This document shows, piece by piece, positions 52,825-61,877 of a stretch of DNA of 64,000 nucleotides. Source of the DNA: Candidatus Hydrogenedentota bacterium (GTDB taxonomy: Bacteria > Hydrogenedentota > Hydrogenedentia > Hydrogenedentales > SLHB01); the NCBI GenBank assembly GCA_963745075.1, contig CAVUWV010000010.1:192001-256000 (forward strand), in the 5' to 3' direction. The translations under genes and the position numbers were made by a program. The notes under the pieces are model-generated. The model was given only the letters and a program-made list of their open reading frames with translations, was not told the DNA's origin and searched no databases. Position 1 is the first letter of the stretch; each line of letters begins with the position of its first letter.

Positions 52825-53817
52825 TCAGTGCGACATGTGCAATTCCACGACATCCCCGTCGTGCAGAACGTGATCCCGGCCCACCGGTTGGCCGTCGTGG
52901 ACCCCGGCTCCCCACACGCGGGCCGTTCGTAGGTGCTCCAAAAAGTCTTTATGGACCTTCCCGGCGAACTCTTCGATGGTGCTGCCCTGTTTCAGCACGA
53001 ATGGCGCCGTGAGGTCGGCCTCATGGTGCGGCTGTTTGGAGTACACGCGGATCAGTTCCAAACGTTCCACTACGGTTTCCTTAAACTGTTCCAGGTTTCG
53101 GCCACGACTGACGGCAACCGGAAGCATCGACCAACCTTCTCCTTCCAGCTCGCGGAGAACCGAGAACTCTTCGTCCCACGATGCGTCGTCCACTTTGTTC
53201 ACGAGCACCATGCAGGGAACGACGAAATCGCCGCGGCCCTCCGGCCGTTTGGCGTTCTTGCCCATTGGAACGATGTGATGTTCCTCCAATAACTCAACGG
53301 TGTCGTCGAGTTGCTGCATGGATCGCGACTGGATATCCACCATCAGCAAAAGAAGGTCGGCCGTTCGGAGCAGGTTGAACAGTTCCGGTTCCACGTGCTC
53401 CCGGCTCAGCGGAGGCGTGTCGATCAACTGCAACTGAATATCCCGCACCGGCATCATCCCCGGCGTGGGGATCCACGTCGTAAACGGCGCTTCCGACACG
53501 TTCGGCGTAGCATGCGTTACCGCTGCGATCAGGGCGGATTTCCCGACGTTGGGCGCACCCACCACCACAACACGTGCGGGGCCTTCTTTCTCAATGTGGT
53601 AAACGGACTCCTGACGGTTGGTCTTCTTGGTACTCTCGGCGGCGTTCTTGAGCTTGGAAAGTTTCTGCCGCAAGCTGGCCCGGAGCTTGTCCGTGCCCTT
53701 GTGCTTGGGAATGGTGGCAAGCAACTCTTCCGTGAGGGCGGCCTTATCCTCGGGCGAGGTCGCCGCCTTAAGCCGGCCCTCCACTTCGAAATACTCTGGC
53801 GGTAGATTCGTCGGCAT
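52825..53817 (-). CDS. DRG/OBG-family GTPase with TGS domain
   Basis: IPKHKGTDKL, GAPNVGKS, FTT, DTPP, NKVD and a TGS domain ending VGRDHVLHDGDVVELH. Confidence 0.88.
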   Translation of the reverse strand: MPTNLPPEYFEVEGRLKAATSPEDKAALTEELLATIPKHKGTDKLRASLRQKLSKLKNAAESTKKTNRQESVYHIEKEGPARVVVVGAPNVGKSALIAAVTHATPNVSEAPFTTWIPTPGMMPVRDIQLQLIDTPPLSREHVEPELFNLLRTADLLLLMVDIQSRSMQQLDDTVELLEEHHIVPMGKNAKRPEGRGDFVVPCMVLVNKVDDASWDEEFSVLRELEGEGWSMLPVAVSRGRNLEQFKETVVERLELIRVYSKQPHHEADLTAPFVLKQGSTIEEFAGKVHKDFLEHLRTARVWGAGVHDGQPVGRDHVLHDGDVVELHMSH

Positions 53818-53907
53818 GGCTGATACCGCTTCCCCTGCGCGTTTCTCAACCCGGCTCCAGAATACGAGCAACGCGGGGGCCTGTCAACCGGCGGTTGACG
53901 ACGTAGG

Positions 53908-54046
53908 GCGCAGAGACAGCAGAGACAGCAGGGACAGGGAAAGTCACAATATGAGCTTTGGAGTCTTGCCGGAGATTTCCCCCCACGGCTTGTGAGGATG
54001 GCCGTTATCGTCCCTGTTGTCCCTGCTGTCTCTGCTGTCCCTGCGC
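53908..54046. repeat. Inverted pair of nonamer tracts (CAGRGACAG / CTGTCYCTG)
   Basis: GCGCAGAGACAGCAGAGACAGCAGGGACAGGGA ... TCCCTGTTGTCCCTGCTGTCTCTGCTGTCCCTGCGC. Confidence 0.75.
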
Positions 54047-54135
54047 TTCCAAAGGACGTTGCACCAAGTTGCATCATCCGCAACAAATTCTCTAGGCTCC
54101 TTCATCGTCATTATCCGGTCACTTGGGGCTGTGTT

Positions 54136-56281
54136 ATGTTTAATCTGCGTCAACGTTCCTTAATTCTGTTTAGTCTTCTTCTGACTGCGTCGTCCGTATA
54201 CGCCGGGTGGTGGGGGCCCCGCGACCAAAAGGAGTGGCGCTGGTACCTCGGCGATCAACACAGCTCGCATTACTCCAGGCTGGACCAGATCAATGTGAAG
54301 AACGTCGCGCAACTCGAACCGGTGTGGACCTACCACAGCGGCGGCGAAGCCCAGATTCAGACCAACCCCATCGTTATCGACGGTTTGCTCTACGGCATCT
54401 CGGCGGACCGAAAGGTCTTCGCCTTGGAAGCCGATACGGGCCGGGAGGCATGGGTACACACGCCGGAACATTACGAAGGCTCCGGCGGCGTCGTGCGCGG
54501 TCTTTTGTACTGGTCGGATGGCGACGATCGGCGCATCTACGCGACCATCGAACACCACCTCTACGCTCTGAACGCCCGCACCGGCGCCCTCATCAAATCC
54601 TTCTGCGTCGATGGCGCGCTCGACATCAAGACCCTGTACGACCGTGACGTTCTCAAAGCTGCACGTCACGTCCAGTTCGCCGGGCGTGATTTACAAGAAC
54701 ACGCTGATCCTTTCCATTCGCACGTCCGAGGCCCTCCCCGCTGCGCCGGGCGATATCATCGCGCTGAATGTCCTCACCGGCAAGCGCGAATGGATCTTCC
54801 ATACCATTCCCCATCCTGGCGAAGCGGGTTACGACACGTGGCCGGACGGCGCCTGGGAAACTGCGGGCGGAGCGAACTGCTGGGCGGGGATGAGTCTCGA
54901 TGCCAAACGGGGCATCGTTTACATCCCGACTGGTTCCGCCGCCTACGACTTCTACGGGGCCGACCGGAAAGGGGCCGATCTCTTTGCGAACTGTTTACTC
55001 GCGTTGAATGCGGAAACCGGCGAGCGCATCTGGCATTTCCAGGCCATCCATCACGACTTGTGGGATCGCGATTTGCCCGCCCCGCCGAACCTGGTGACCG
55101 TCCGTCACAATGGCCGGAAGCGCGACGCGGTCGCGCAGATCACCAAGTCGGCCTTTGTCTTCTTGTTCGATCGCGAAACCGGCGAGCCGCTTTTCCCCAT
55201 CGAAGAGCGTCCCGTGCAACCCAGCCGCATCCCGGGCGAAGCGGCGTGGCCTACGCAGCCCATCCCTTTGAAGCCGCCGCCGTTCCAACCCCAGGCCTTC
55301 ACCGAAGATATGGTCACCACGCGCACCCCCGAGGCCCACACCTACGCCCTCGACCGCCTGCGTCGCGCGCGCACGGGCGAGCAGTTCATTCCGCCGAGTC
55401 TCGAAGGCACGGTCATCTTCCCTGGATTCGACGGTGGGGGCGAGTGGGGAGGCGCCGCGTCGGATCCGAAGACGGGCATGCTCTACGTCAACGCCAGCGT
55501 GATGCCCTGGATCCTCACCATGTACGAAGTGCACGAGGAGGGCGGTCCGAACGCAGCGGCGACCCGGGTCTACGCGCAGAACTGCATCTATTGCCACGGG
55601 CCGGACCTCAAGGGCGATCCCTTGAACGAGTTCCCGCCGCTGCGCGATCTCAAAACGAAGTACAGCGCCGACGAGATGGCGACCATCGTCCGGAATGGCC
55701 GCGAACGCATGCCGTCCTTCGGCTTCCTGAGCGACGCCGAAGTGAAGACCGTCACTCAGTTCCTCTTCGACCTCGACGAGCGGCAGGCGGATTCGATGGC
55801 CTCCGCTACGCAGGCCGAAGCCGCGCCGACTTCCGGCGAGCGCCGGTTTACCAGCACCGGCTACAACCGTTTCGTGGATCAGGACGGCTATCCCGCCATC
55901 AAACCGCCCTGGGGCACGCTGACCGCCATCGATCTCAACGAAGGCGCAATCACGTGGCAGGTCCCGCTCGGTGACGCGCCCGAACTCGCTGCGCAGGGCC
56001 TGACCCATACCGGCGTCGAAAACTACGGTGGCCCCATCGTCACCGCGGGCGGGCTGATCTTCATCGCCGCAACGAAAGACGACTGCATCCGTGCCTTCGA
56101 CAAGGACACTGGCAAAGAACTTTGGAAAGCGACGCTGCCCTTCGCGGGGTACGCCACCCCCTGCACCTACGAAATCGACGGCCGCCAATACCTCGTCATC
56201 GCCGCCGCGGGCGGCAAACTCGGCAGCCCTTCCGGCGACGCCTACGTCGCCTACGCGCTGCCGGACCACAGAAAAGAGTAG
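54136..56281 (+). CDS. PQQ-dependent dehydrogenase with inserted cytochrome c domain (frameshift near 54656)
   Basis: Signal peptide, YSRLDQIN..NV, GGANCWAGMS, HHDLWDRD, GGGEWGG, heme motif CIYCH and PPWGTL. Confidence 0.85.
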
Positions 56282-56342
56282 TGAAAACAAGAACTCCATT
56301 TGTAGCCTCTCGCTGATGATGAGGCACTATCTGAGAGTCGAT

Positions 56343-56538
56343 AAGAAACATCCCCCTTGATCCCCCTTCAAAGGGGGAATTGTTCGCAACGCTTTGCGTT
56401 GCGCATCAGCGTTGGCAAGGATTCGCAGTATGGTCCAAGCGCAATACAAACTATCGATAGTTTTCCGTCGCGGCTGACGCGCCGCGAAGCGGCTGCGCAA
56501 ATTCCCCCTTTGAAGGGGGATCAAGGGGGATGATCTTC
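56343..56538. mobile_element. MITE/REPIN-like element, family C, copy 2
   Basis: Arms CATCCCCCTTGATCCCCCTTCAAAGGGGGAATT and its reverse complement; internal TCGCAACGCTTTGCGTTGCG... Confidence 0.7.
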
Positions 56539-56631
56539 GTTTCCCCCGGTATCCAGCTTTCCGTTCACCTTGATGCCCGTTTCGACATTCGGCATAGTTG
56601 CCTTCTGCGGTAGGCTTGGAAGGAGATCAGT

Positions 56632-57330
56632 ATGCATCTCGGCCCGGAGGCGATTGGCTGGTACGTCATCTTTCTGCTCAACATCACCCTGCATGAGGCC
56701 GCCCACGCGTTCGTCGCGTACAAGGGCGGCGACTCCACCGCGTACGACAACGGCCAAGTCACCCTGAACCCCATCCCGCACATCAAGCACGAACCTATCG
56801 GCACCGTCGTCGTGCCCATCATTTCCTTGTTCCTCATGGGCTGGCCCCTCGGCTTTGCCAGCGCGCCCTACGATCCCTACTGGGCCGGTCGGCATCCGTA
56901 TCGTGCAGGCTTCATGGCCCTCGCCGGTCCTCTAGCAAACCTGCTTCTCGTGATTCTCGCGGCCGTGCTCATCTGGATCGGGATCGCCGTTGGCGTGTTC
57001 GTCGGGCCGTCCTCCGCCAACATCGATCACGTCGTCGAAGCGACCCAGGGTGGTGTCTGGGGCAGCCTCGCGTACGTCCTCAGCATCCTCTTTTCGCTCA
57101 ACCTGCTCCTGTTCGTATTCAACCTTTTGCCCTTCCCGCCCCTCGACGGCAGCGGCGTCCTGTCCCTGTTTCTCCCGGAAAACGCGGCCGTCAAACTCCA
57201 GGAATTCCTCAGCAACCCCATGTTCACCCTCATCGGACTACTCGTCGCCTGGAAGATCTTCTGGCCCATCTTCGACCCCATCTTCACGCTGTCCCTGAAC
57301 ATCCTCTACCCCGGCGCAGGGTATGGATAA
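56632..57330 (+). CDS. Site-2 protease family (M50) membrane peptidase
   Basis: HEAAH, TLNPIPH, ALAGPLAN and FNLLPFPPLDG motifs. Confidence 0.9.
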   Translation: MHLGPEAIGWYVIFLLNITLHEAAHAFVAYKGGDSTAYDNGQVTLNPIPHIKHEPIGTVVVPIISLFLMGWPLGFASAPYDPYWAGRHPYRAGFMALAGPLANLLLVILAAVLIWIGIAVGVFVGPSSANIDHVVEATQGGVWGSLAYVLSILFSLNLLLFVFNLLPFPPLDGSGVLSLFLPENAAVKLQEFLSNPMFTLIGLLVAWKIFWPIFDPIFTLSLNILYPGAGYG

Positions 57331-57364
57331 GTGGAGGGTGGAGTCTGGAGACCGGAAAGAAGGT

Positions 57365-57520
57365 ATCCCCACCCTTCAAAGGGGGAGTATTCCCCGGCTT
57401 GGTCAGTCAATAATATGTATTGCGCGTGGACCGCAGTTCGGACCCTTGCTACCGCTGATACGCAACGCAAAGCGTTGCGATAAATTCCCCCTTTGAAGGG
57501 GGATCAAGGGGGATGTTCTT
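57365..57520. mobile_element. MITE/REPIN-like element, family C, copy 3 (inverted relative to copy 2)
   Basis: Degenerate left arm CCCTTCAAAGGGGGA and full right arm; internal 57408-57480 is an imperfect reverse complement of about 56384-56456. Confidence 0.7.
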
Positions 57521-57544
57521 TTTTTATTCAGCCGAATTCCCCCA

Positions 57545-57573
57545 TTGACGGTGGCTTTCAATCGGCCTACCAT
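57545..57573 (+). promoter_or_regulatory. Sigma70-type promoter of the lipoprotein gene
   Basis: TTGACG, 17 nt, then TACCAT. Confidence 0.5.
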
Positions 57574-57626
57574 AAAGCCAAAATCGCCGACACCGTCAAT
57601 GTGCTCGGGCGGGGGGGAGACGTACC

Positions 57627-58013
57627 ATGAACGCGAAGAACCTGCTAGTGCTCGCCACGACGTTGGCCATCGGCGCGGCGTTGTTCAACGGTTGCCCGCC
57701 GGTCGAACCGCCACACGTGGTCCTCGGCACCTGGGACTACATCGAAGATGCCCTCAGCGGCTACATCCGTTGGGACATCAAAGCCAACGGTACCATCGAA
57801 CAGACCGATCTCGGACACGGCATCCTCGCCGGCGACCTGACGTGGGTCTTCACGGAACCCAATGAAATCCGTATCACCCAGGACAACGGTCCCGACCAAT
57901 GGATTCTCGAAGGGATCCTCTATTCCGACGACACCATGTCCGGCACCTGGGAACAAATCGCGGGCGCCGACACCGGCACCCACGGCACTTGGACCGCGAA
58001 TCGGTTTCCGTGA
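57627..58013 (+). CDS. Small beta-rich putative lipoprotein
   Basis: GGAG RBS, signal peptide ending LFNGC, and GTW repeats. Confidence 0.7.
   Translation: MNAKNLLVLATTLAIGAALFNGCPPVEPPHVVLGTWDYIEDALSGYIRWDIKANGTIEQTDLGHGILAGDLTWVFTEPNEIRITQDNGPDQWILEGILYSDDTMSGTWEQIAGADTGTHGTWTANRFP
57979..58013 (+). repeat. 35-bp direct repeat, left copy (3' end of the lipoprotein gene; attL-like)
   Basis: CCCACGGCACTTGGACCGCGAATCGGTTTCCGTGA. Confidence 0.85.
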
Positions 58014-58113
58014 TCCCCGGCACTCGTCCAATCCGATAGATAGTCCTCGCGAACCCGGGACGGGGCATGGGGTCTAAACTGTAGTGGAAGCCGGATTAGA
58101 GGAGGTCTGCCCA

Positions 58114-60504
58114 ATGATGCGCAAGGCTGGCGTCTGCCTGTTCGCCTTTTTTTCATCCGCTTTCTTCGCCACGACGGCGCACGCGATGAGCATCCGCGCC
58201 ATACCGCTTGCGGAGATCACGGAACAAACGGACCTTTGGGTCCGTGGCAATGTCCTTTCGGTGAAATCGAAGCCATTGAAGGAAGATGAACGGTATCGTT
58301 TCGGTCATCAGGGGACCGTCGAAGTCACCGTTGTTATCGAAATCACAAGCGCAACACGGATCCTGGATACACCGGCTATCACGGTTCATTGGGCTTCGAG
58401 CGACGAGTTCCTGCAACGGGTAACGAAGGGCGAGGAGTGCATTGCCGCACTGAGCCGACAAGATGACGGCACATACAAGAGCCTTTGGGCCTTGGGGGTC
58501 TACGGTTGGTTCCAAACAGAACCTGAAACCGGCCGGATTCCCTACGTGTGGGAAATCGGCCGAAACGTTTCGCCCGGTTTGCTCTGGGACCTGGTTAGCG
58601 CGCTGGAGATGGGTCAATATTCACTAAAAGGCCCAAGCGCTCTTCTTATCGATGCTTGGCAACGCCGGCTGAGTGACGGCCAGCGTCAAGACTTCATTGC
58701 CTCCATGCTGTTCTTCGATGCATTTCCGGGCGCCCCATTATCCCCGGCCGAATTGATCGCGGCCTTTGAACGCCAATACGCGATCAACGGGTCCCTACCG
58801 CGCAGTGAGGAACGCAGCATACAGCGGGCGATGCCGGTACTGTTCTCGTTGTTTCAACGCGTGGGCGACGAATCGTCGTTGAAATGGCTCATCGCGATCT
58901 TTGTCCAGGATTTCAGCGCGAGGGAAAGCGTTTTCGACGATCGCGAGATTGCGAAAGGTCTCGTTCAAACCATTATGGCGAAAGGGGGAGCCCAACGGAT
59001 TGATTTGGTCCACAGTCTGATCGGGAAGGAATTCGTGTGGGCTACAGAACGAGGAAACGTTCAGGCCCGAAGGACGCCGATACGTGCGGACTACGATGTG
59101 CTTGAGGCTATTGCTGCGTTTCCTGGTGACGACGTCGACGGGATGCTTCTGGACATGCTCCATCATCCAGGGAAGTACCAGATCCGCGACTCGCTGTCGC
59201 TCGCCAGCGTTTGGAACGGTTTGGCGAACCGCGGGAATCCTGAGATCGAAACCTACCTCAACGAGTTTCTTGCGAATCCCGGCACCTTTGACATCGGTGT
59301 GCGGCACTACGGTTCGGTCGATAACGCTATTGTCTATGCGCGAGAGGCCCTGCAAGCTTACGCCCGCAACTTGCCTCGAAATCAGCGACTTCAGCAATTG
59401 CAGCGGCAATACCAGCAAGGCGACCTGGGTGCGCTGGCTCAACTGCTCCGTGAGGTGAAGCCGGGCGACACCACGATGATTCCTGCATTGGCATCGGTTC
59501 CGGTTGACGATTTGCTCGACGAACAGCATGCCCTCGGCAATACCTTTTCCATCGTTGTCGCGGACAGGCTGCCCGATCCCGCGTTTCTGTCGCAGTTGCG
59601 AGCGCTCTCCGAGCGCGCGGAACGCAGCGGCCGGATTCAGATCGCCTTGGTACTCGCAGCCCTTCACGCTTGCGGCGACAAGGAACTGGCCCGCGCCAAT
59701 GCCGTAGCGCTTTTGCACGAACCGGCGCCGGACCGGGATTGGCGTGCCGTCTATGACAAAATCAACGAGAAGACCGGGCTGGTCGCGTTTCTCGGCACCA
59801 TCGGAGACCCGGCGCTGGTCGGCGAGATCGACCCGTACACCCGGCCGGACGTGCTGGATGACTGTCGAACCAAATTGACGTCGGCTGCGATCGGCGAAAG
59901 CAAAGAACCTCACGATTTCGCCGTGCGCACGCTGTGCAAGTCGGCCGTGATCGCCCTGGCCCGAACCGGCGGGGACGAAGCCGTTGCTCGCCTGCACGCG
60001 ATTTACGAAACGGGAGACATCGCCGCACGGATCGCCGCCGCTATGGGGCTGTACGCGCTCGGCGACGATACGGGCAAGGAACTCGTTGACTTGTTCGTCA
60101 ATCATCAAGAGCTTACGAATACAGAGATCGCGGCCCGGTGGCGGATCGACTTGTTCGGTGATTTCCATCACGCCGCAAAGTATCTCGAAAACCCGCGGAC
60201 CGATGCGGTTTTGCTGGAGCGGTTGCAGCGAGGGTTCGGCGACAGCGATCGCGATTTGACGGGCTACACCAAATTCCTCGATGCGCACGCGGCAACCTTG
60301 CTCCCCATCTTCGTCGAAAACCTGTCCAACGATAACAGCGGGCTCCGCCGTGACGCGCTATACCTCGTCTCCCACTACCTCGGCGGCGACCTCAACTACG
60401 ACCCCGGCAAATCGCCGCAACAACAAGCCGACGTAGTTGACCAAATCCGCGAACGAGTTAACGCATATTTGGCAAAACTCAAGGAACGAGACGGAACGGC
60501 TTAA
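58114..60504 (+). CDS. Large secreted alpha-helical (HEAT/ARM-repeat-like) hypothetical protein
   Basis: GAGGAGG RBS, signal peptide ending AHA, and HEAT-like segments (LGTIGDP, AVIALARTGGDEAVARL, RIAAAMGLYALGD). Confidence 0.75.
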   Translation: MMRKAGVCLFAFFSSAFFATTAHAMSIRAIPLAEITEQTDLWVRGNVLSVKSKPLKEDERYRFGHQGTVEVTVVIEITSATRILDTPAITVHWASSDEFLQRVTKGEECIAALSRQDDGTYKSLWALGVYGWFQTEPETGRIPYVWEIGRNVSPGLLWDLVSALEMGQYSLKGPSALLIDAWQRRLSDGQRQDFIASMLFFDAFPGAPLSPAELIAAFERQYAINGSLPRSEERSIQRAMPVLFSLFQRVGDESSLKWLIAIFVQDFSARESVFDDREIAKGLVQTIMAKGGAQRIDLVHSLIGKEFVWATERGNVQARRTPIRADYDVLEAIAAFPGDDVDGMLLDMLHHPGKYQIRDSLSLASVWNGLANRGNPEIETYLNEFLANPGTFDIGVRHYGSVDNAIVYAREALQAYARNLPRNQRLQQLQRQYQQGDLGALAQLLREVKPGDTTMIPALASVPVDDLLDEQHALGNTFSIVVADRLPDPAFLSQLRALSERAERSGRIQIALVLAALHACGDKELARANAVALLHEPAPDRDWRAVYDKINEKTGLVAFLGTIGDPALVGEIDPYTRPDVLDDCRTKLTSAAIGESKEPHDFAVRTLCKSAVIALARTGGDEAVARLHAIYETGDIAARIAAAMGLYALGDDTGKELVDLFVNHQELTNTEIAARWRIDLFGDFHHAAKYLENPRTDAVLLERLQRGFGDSDRDLTGYTKFLDAHAATLLPIFVENLSNDNSGLRRDALYLVSHYLGGDLNYDPGKSPQQQADVVDQIRERVNAYLAKLKERDGTA

Positions 60505-60519
60505 GTGGTGCGCCCCGCG

Positions 60520-60554
60520 CCCACGGCACTTGGACCGCCAACCGGTTCCCGTAA
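60520..60554 (+). repeat. 35-bp direct repeat, right copy (attR-like)
   Basis: CCCACGGCACTTGGACCGCCAACCGGTTCCCGTAA, 31/35 identical to 57979-58013. Confidence 0.85.
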
Positions 60555-60577
60555 GGGTCGTGGTGCGATCGTAACCT

Positions 60578-60748
60578 GAACCCTTTGGAGTGCGGCCCCT
60601 TGGGGTTGCTTTTCGTCAACTCTGGTGGTTATCCCGATGCGGTTCAGGAGCGACACCTGTTTCCTGAACTGGCGGCAGAATTCTCGTGTGGCCGCAAGCA
60701 AGCTTGCTTCGTGAAAGCAGCCCCAAGGGGCCGCACTCCATAGGGTTC
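60578..60748. repeat. REP-like inverted doublet, family B, copy 2
   Basis: GAACCCTTTGGAGTGCGGCCCCTTGGGGTTGCTTT ... AAAGCAGCCCCAAGGGGCCGCACTCCATAGGGTTC. Confidence 0.8.
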
Positions 60749-60791
60749 CACTCTCGTCGGCTTGGCCCTTTCTCAATCCGCAATCCGAAAT

Positions 60792-61102
60792 GGTACACCC
60801 CCCCTCTGTTTTGTTTTTGACGAGACAAGGGGGTGTACATGGGGTGGGGGCGCGTTGGGTATAGTTTGTCATGGGAGGCGATCTCCTCATAAATATAGAA
60901 CGGGTCGAGGGTTGCACGGCAACATAGCGGGAGGCTGGAGTCCTTGAACTGGAGGAATTGGGGGGTGCATCTCCTTTTGTTTTTTGACGGTTCAAGGGGG
61001 GGTGTACCGGGGGTGTTCGCGAGGATGGGGTTCCCGCGATTGCGAGGGTATGAGGCGCGTCGGGTGTAGTTTGTCACGGGCGGAGATCTCCTTATAGATA
61101 TT
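60792..61102. repeat. Two degenerate tandem units, each a hairpin plus a shared module
   Basis: Units 60792-60897 and 60964-61102 share TTTTGTTTTT(T)GACG, GGGGGTGTAC and GGCGCGTYGGGTRTAGTTTGTCAYGGG...GATCTCCTYATARATAT. Confidence 0.65.
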
Positions 61103-61159
61103 GTCCGGGGCGTTGCACTGGGATTAGGCTGGGAACCGGAGGCCGGCGTTCGGAATATG

Positions 61160-61245
61160 AACCGCGAAGTCGCGAAGTTCGCGAAGGAAGGACGAAAGCC
61201 CACGCGCATAGAAAACTTCGCGGCCTTCGCGCCATCGCGGTGAAA
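61160..61245. repeat. Inverted pair of CGCGAAG-core tracts
   Basis: ACCGCGAAGTCGCGAAGTTCGCGAAG ... CTTCGCGGCCTTCGCGCCATCGCGGT. Confidence 0.7.
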
Positions 61246-61270
61246 TTTCTTTCAATTCGCAATTCTTCCC

Positions 61271-61627
61271 TCAAGCCTCTGACAACTCCGGGTCGTCGAG
61301 GTCGGTCTGGACCCAGCGGTCGGAGAGGTGGATGTCGGTGGTCTCGAGCCGGCCGGGGCCGAGGTTGTGGAACTTGTGCGGTATGTTGGCCGGCCCGAGG
61401 AGGATGTCGCCGGCCTTTGCCTCGATCTTCTGGTCCCCGATGGTGAACAGGGCCCGCCCCTGCCGGATGACGAAGATCTCGTCGTAGGTGTGCACGTGCC
61501 AGCGGGGTCCCACGCCGATGTCGTCCGTGGAGTAGAACAGGACCGTCACGTTCGTTCCCAGGTCCTTCCCCTCGAAATACCCAAACCCGCTCTCGGTGCG
61601 CGCGGCGCTCTCCGGGCGGTGCAGCAT
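61271..61627 (-). CDS. Cupin-domain protein
   Basis: GPRWHVHTYDEIF and GD....PANIPHKF motifs. Confidence 0.85.
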   Translation of the reverse strand: MLHRPESAARTESGFGYFEGKDLGTNVTVLFYSTDDIGVGPRWHVHTYDEIFVIRQGRALFTIGDQKIEAKAGDILLGPANIPHKFHNLGPGRLETTDIHLSDRWVQTDLDDPELSEA

Positions 61628-61877
61628 GGCGGGCTTTCTTCCCTCCAGATTCTGATTCAAAACCTTGTGCTCCTTCATGGTTGCGCGCGATTTGCCCGAA
61701 GAAATCGTTGCCCTTCGATGTCATCCAAGGGTAAACGGAGGAAAGGTGTGTAGAATTCCGTCGCAGGGTTCTTTTTTTGCGCACGTTACTCGCGGGGCAC
61801 CTTCGAGGCGTGCGGTGCGTTTGACGTAGTACGTCGTCCAGACCATACTGCTCGTGGAACAACAGGGGGGACTCTCG

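Noticed and set aside
50091..57520. Recurrent ~33-bp palindromic arms as a CRISPR array
   Set aside because: The arms are inverted pairs dispersed between genes, not direct repeats with regular unique spacers, and no cas genes are present.
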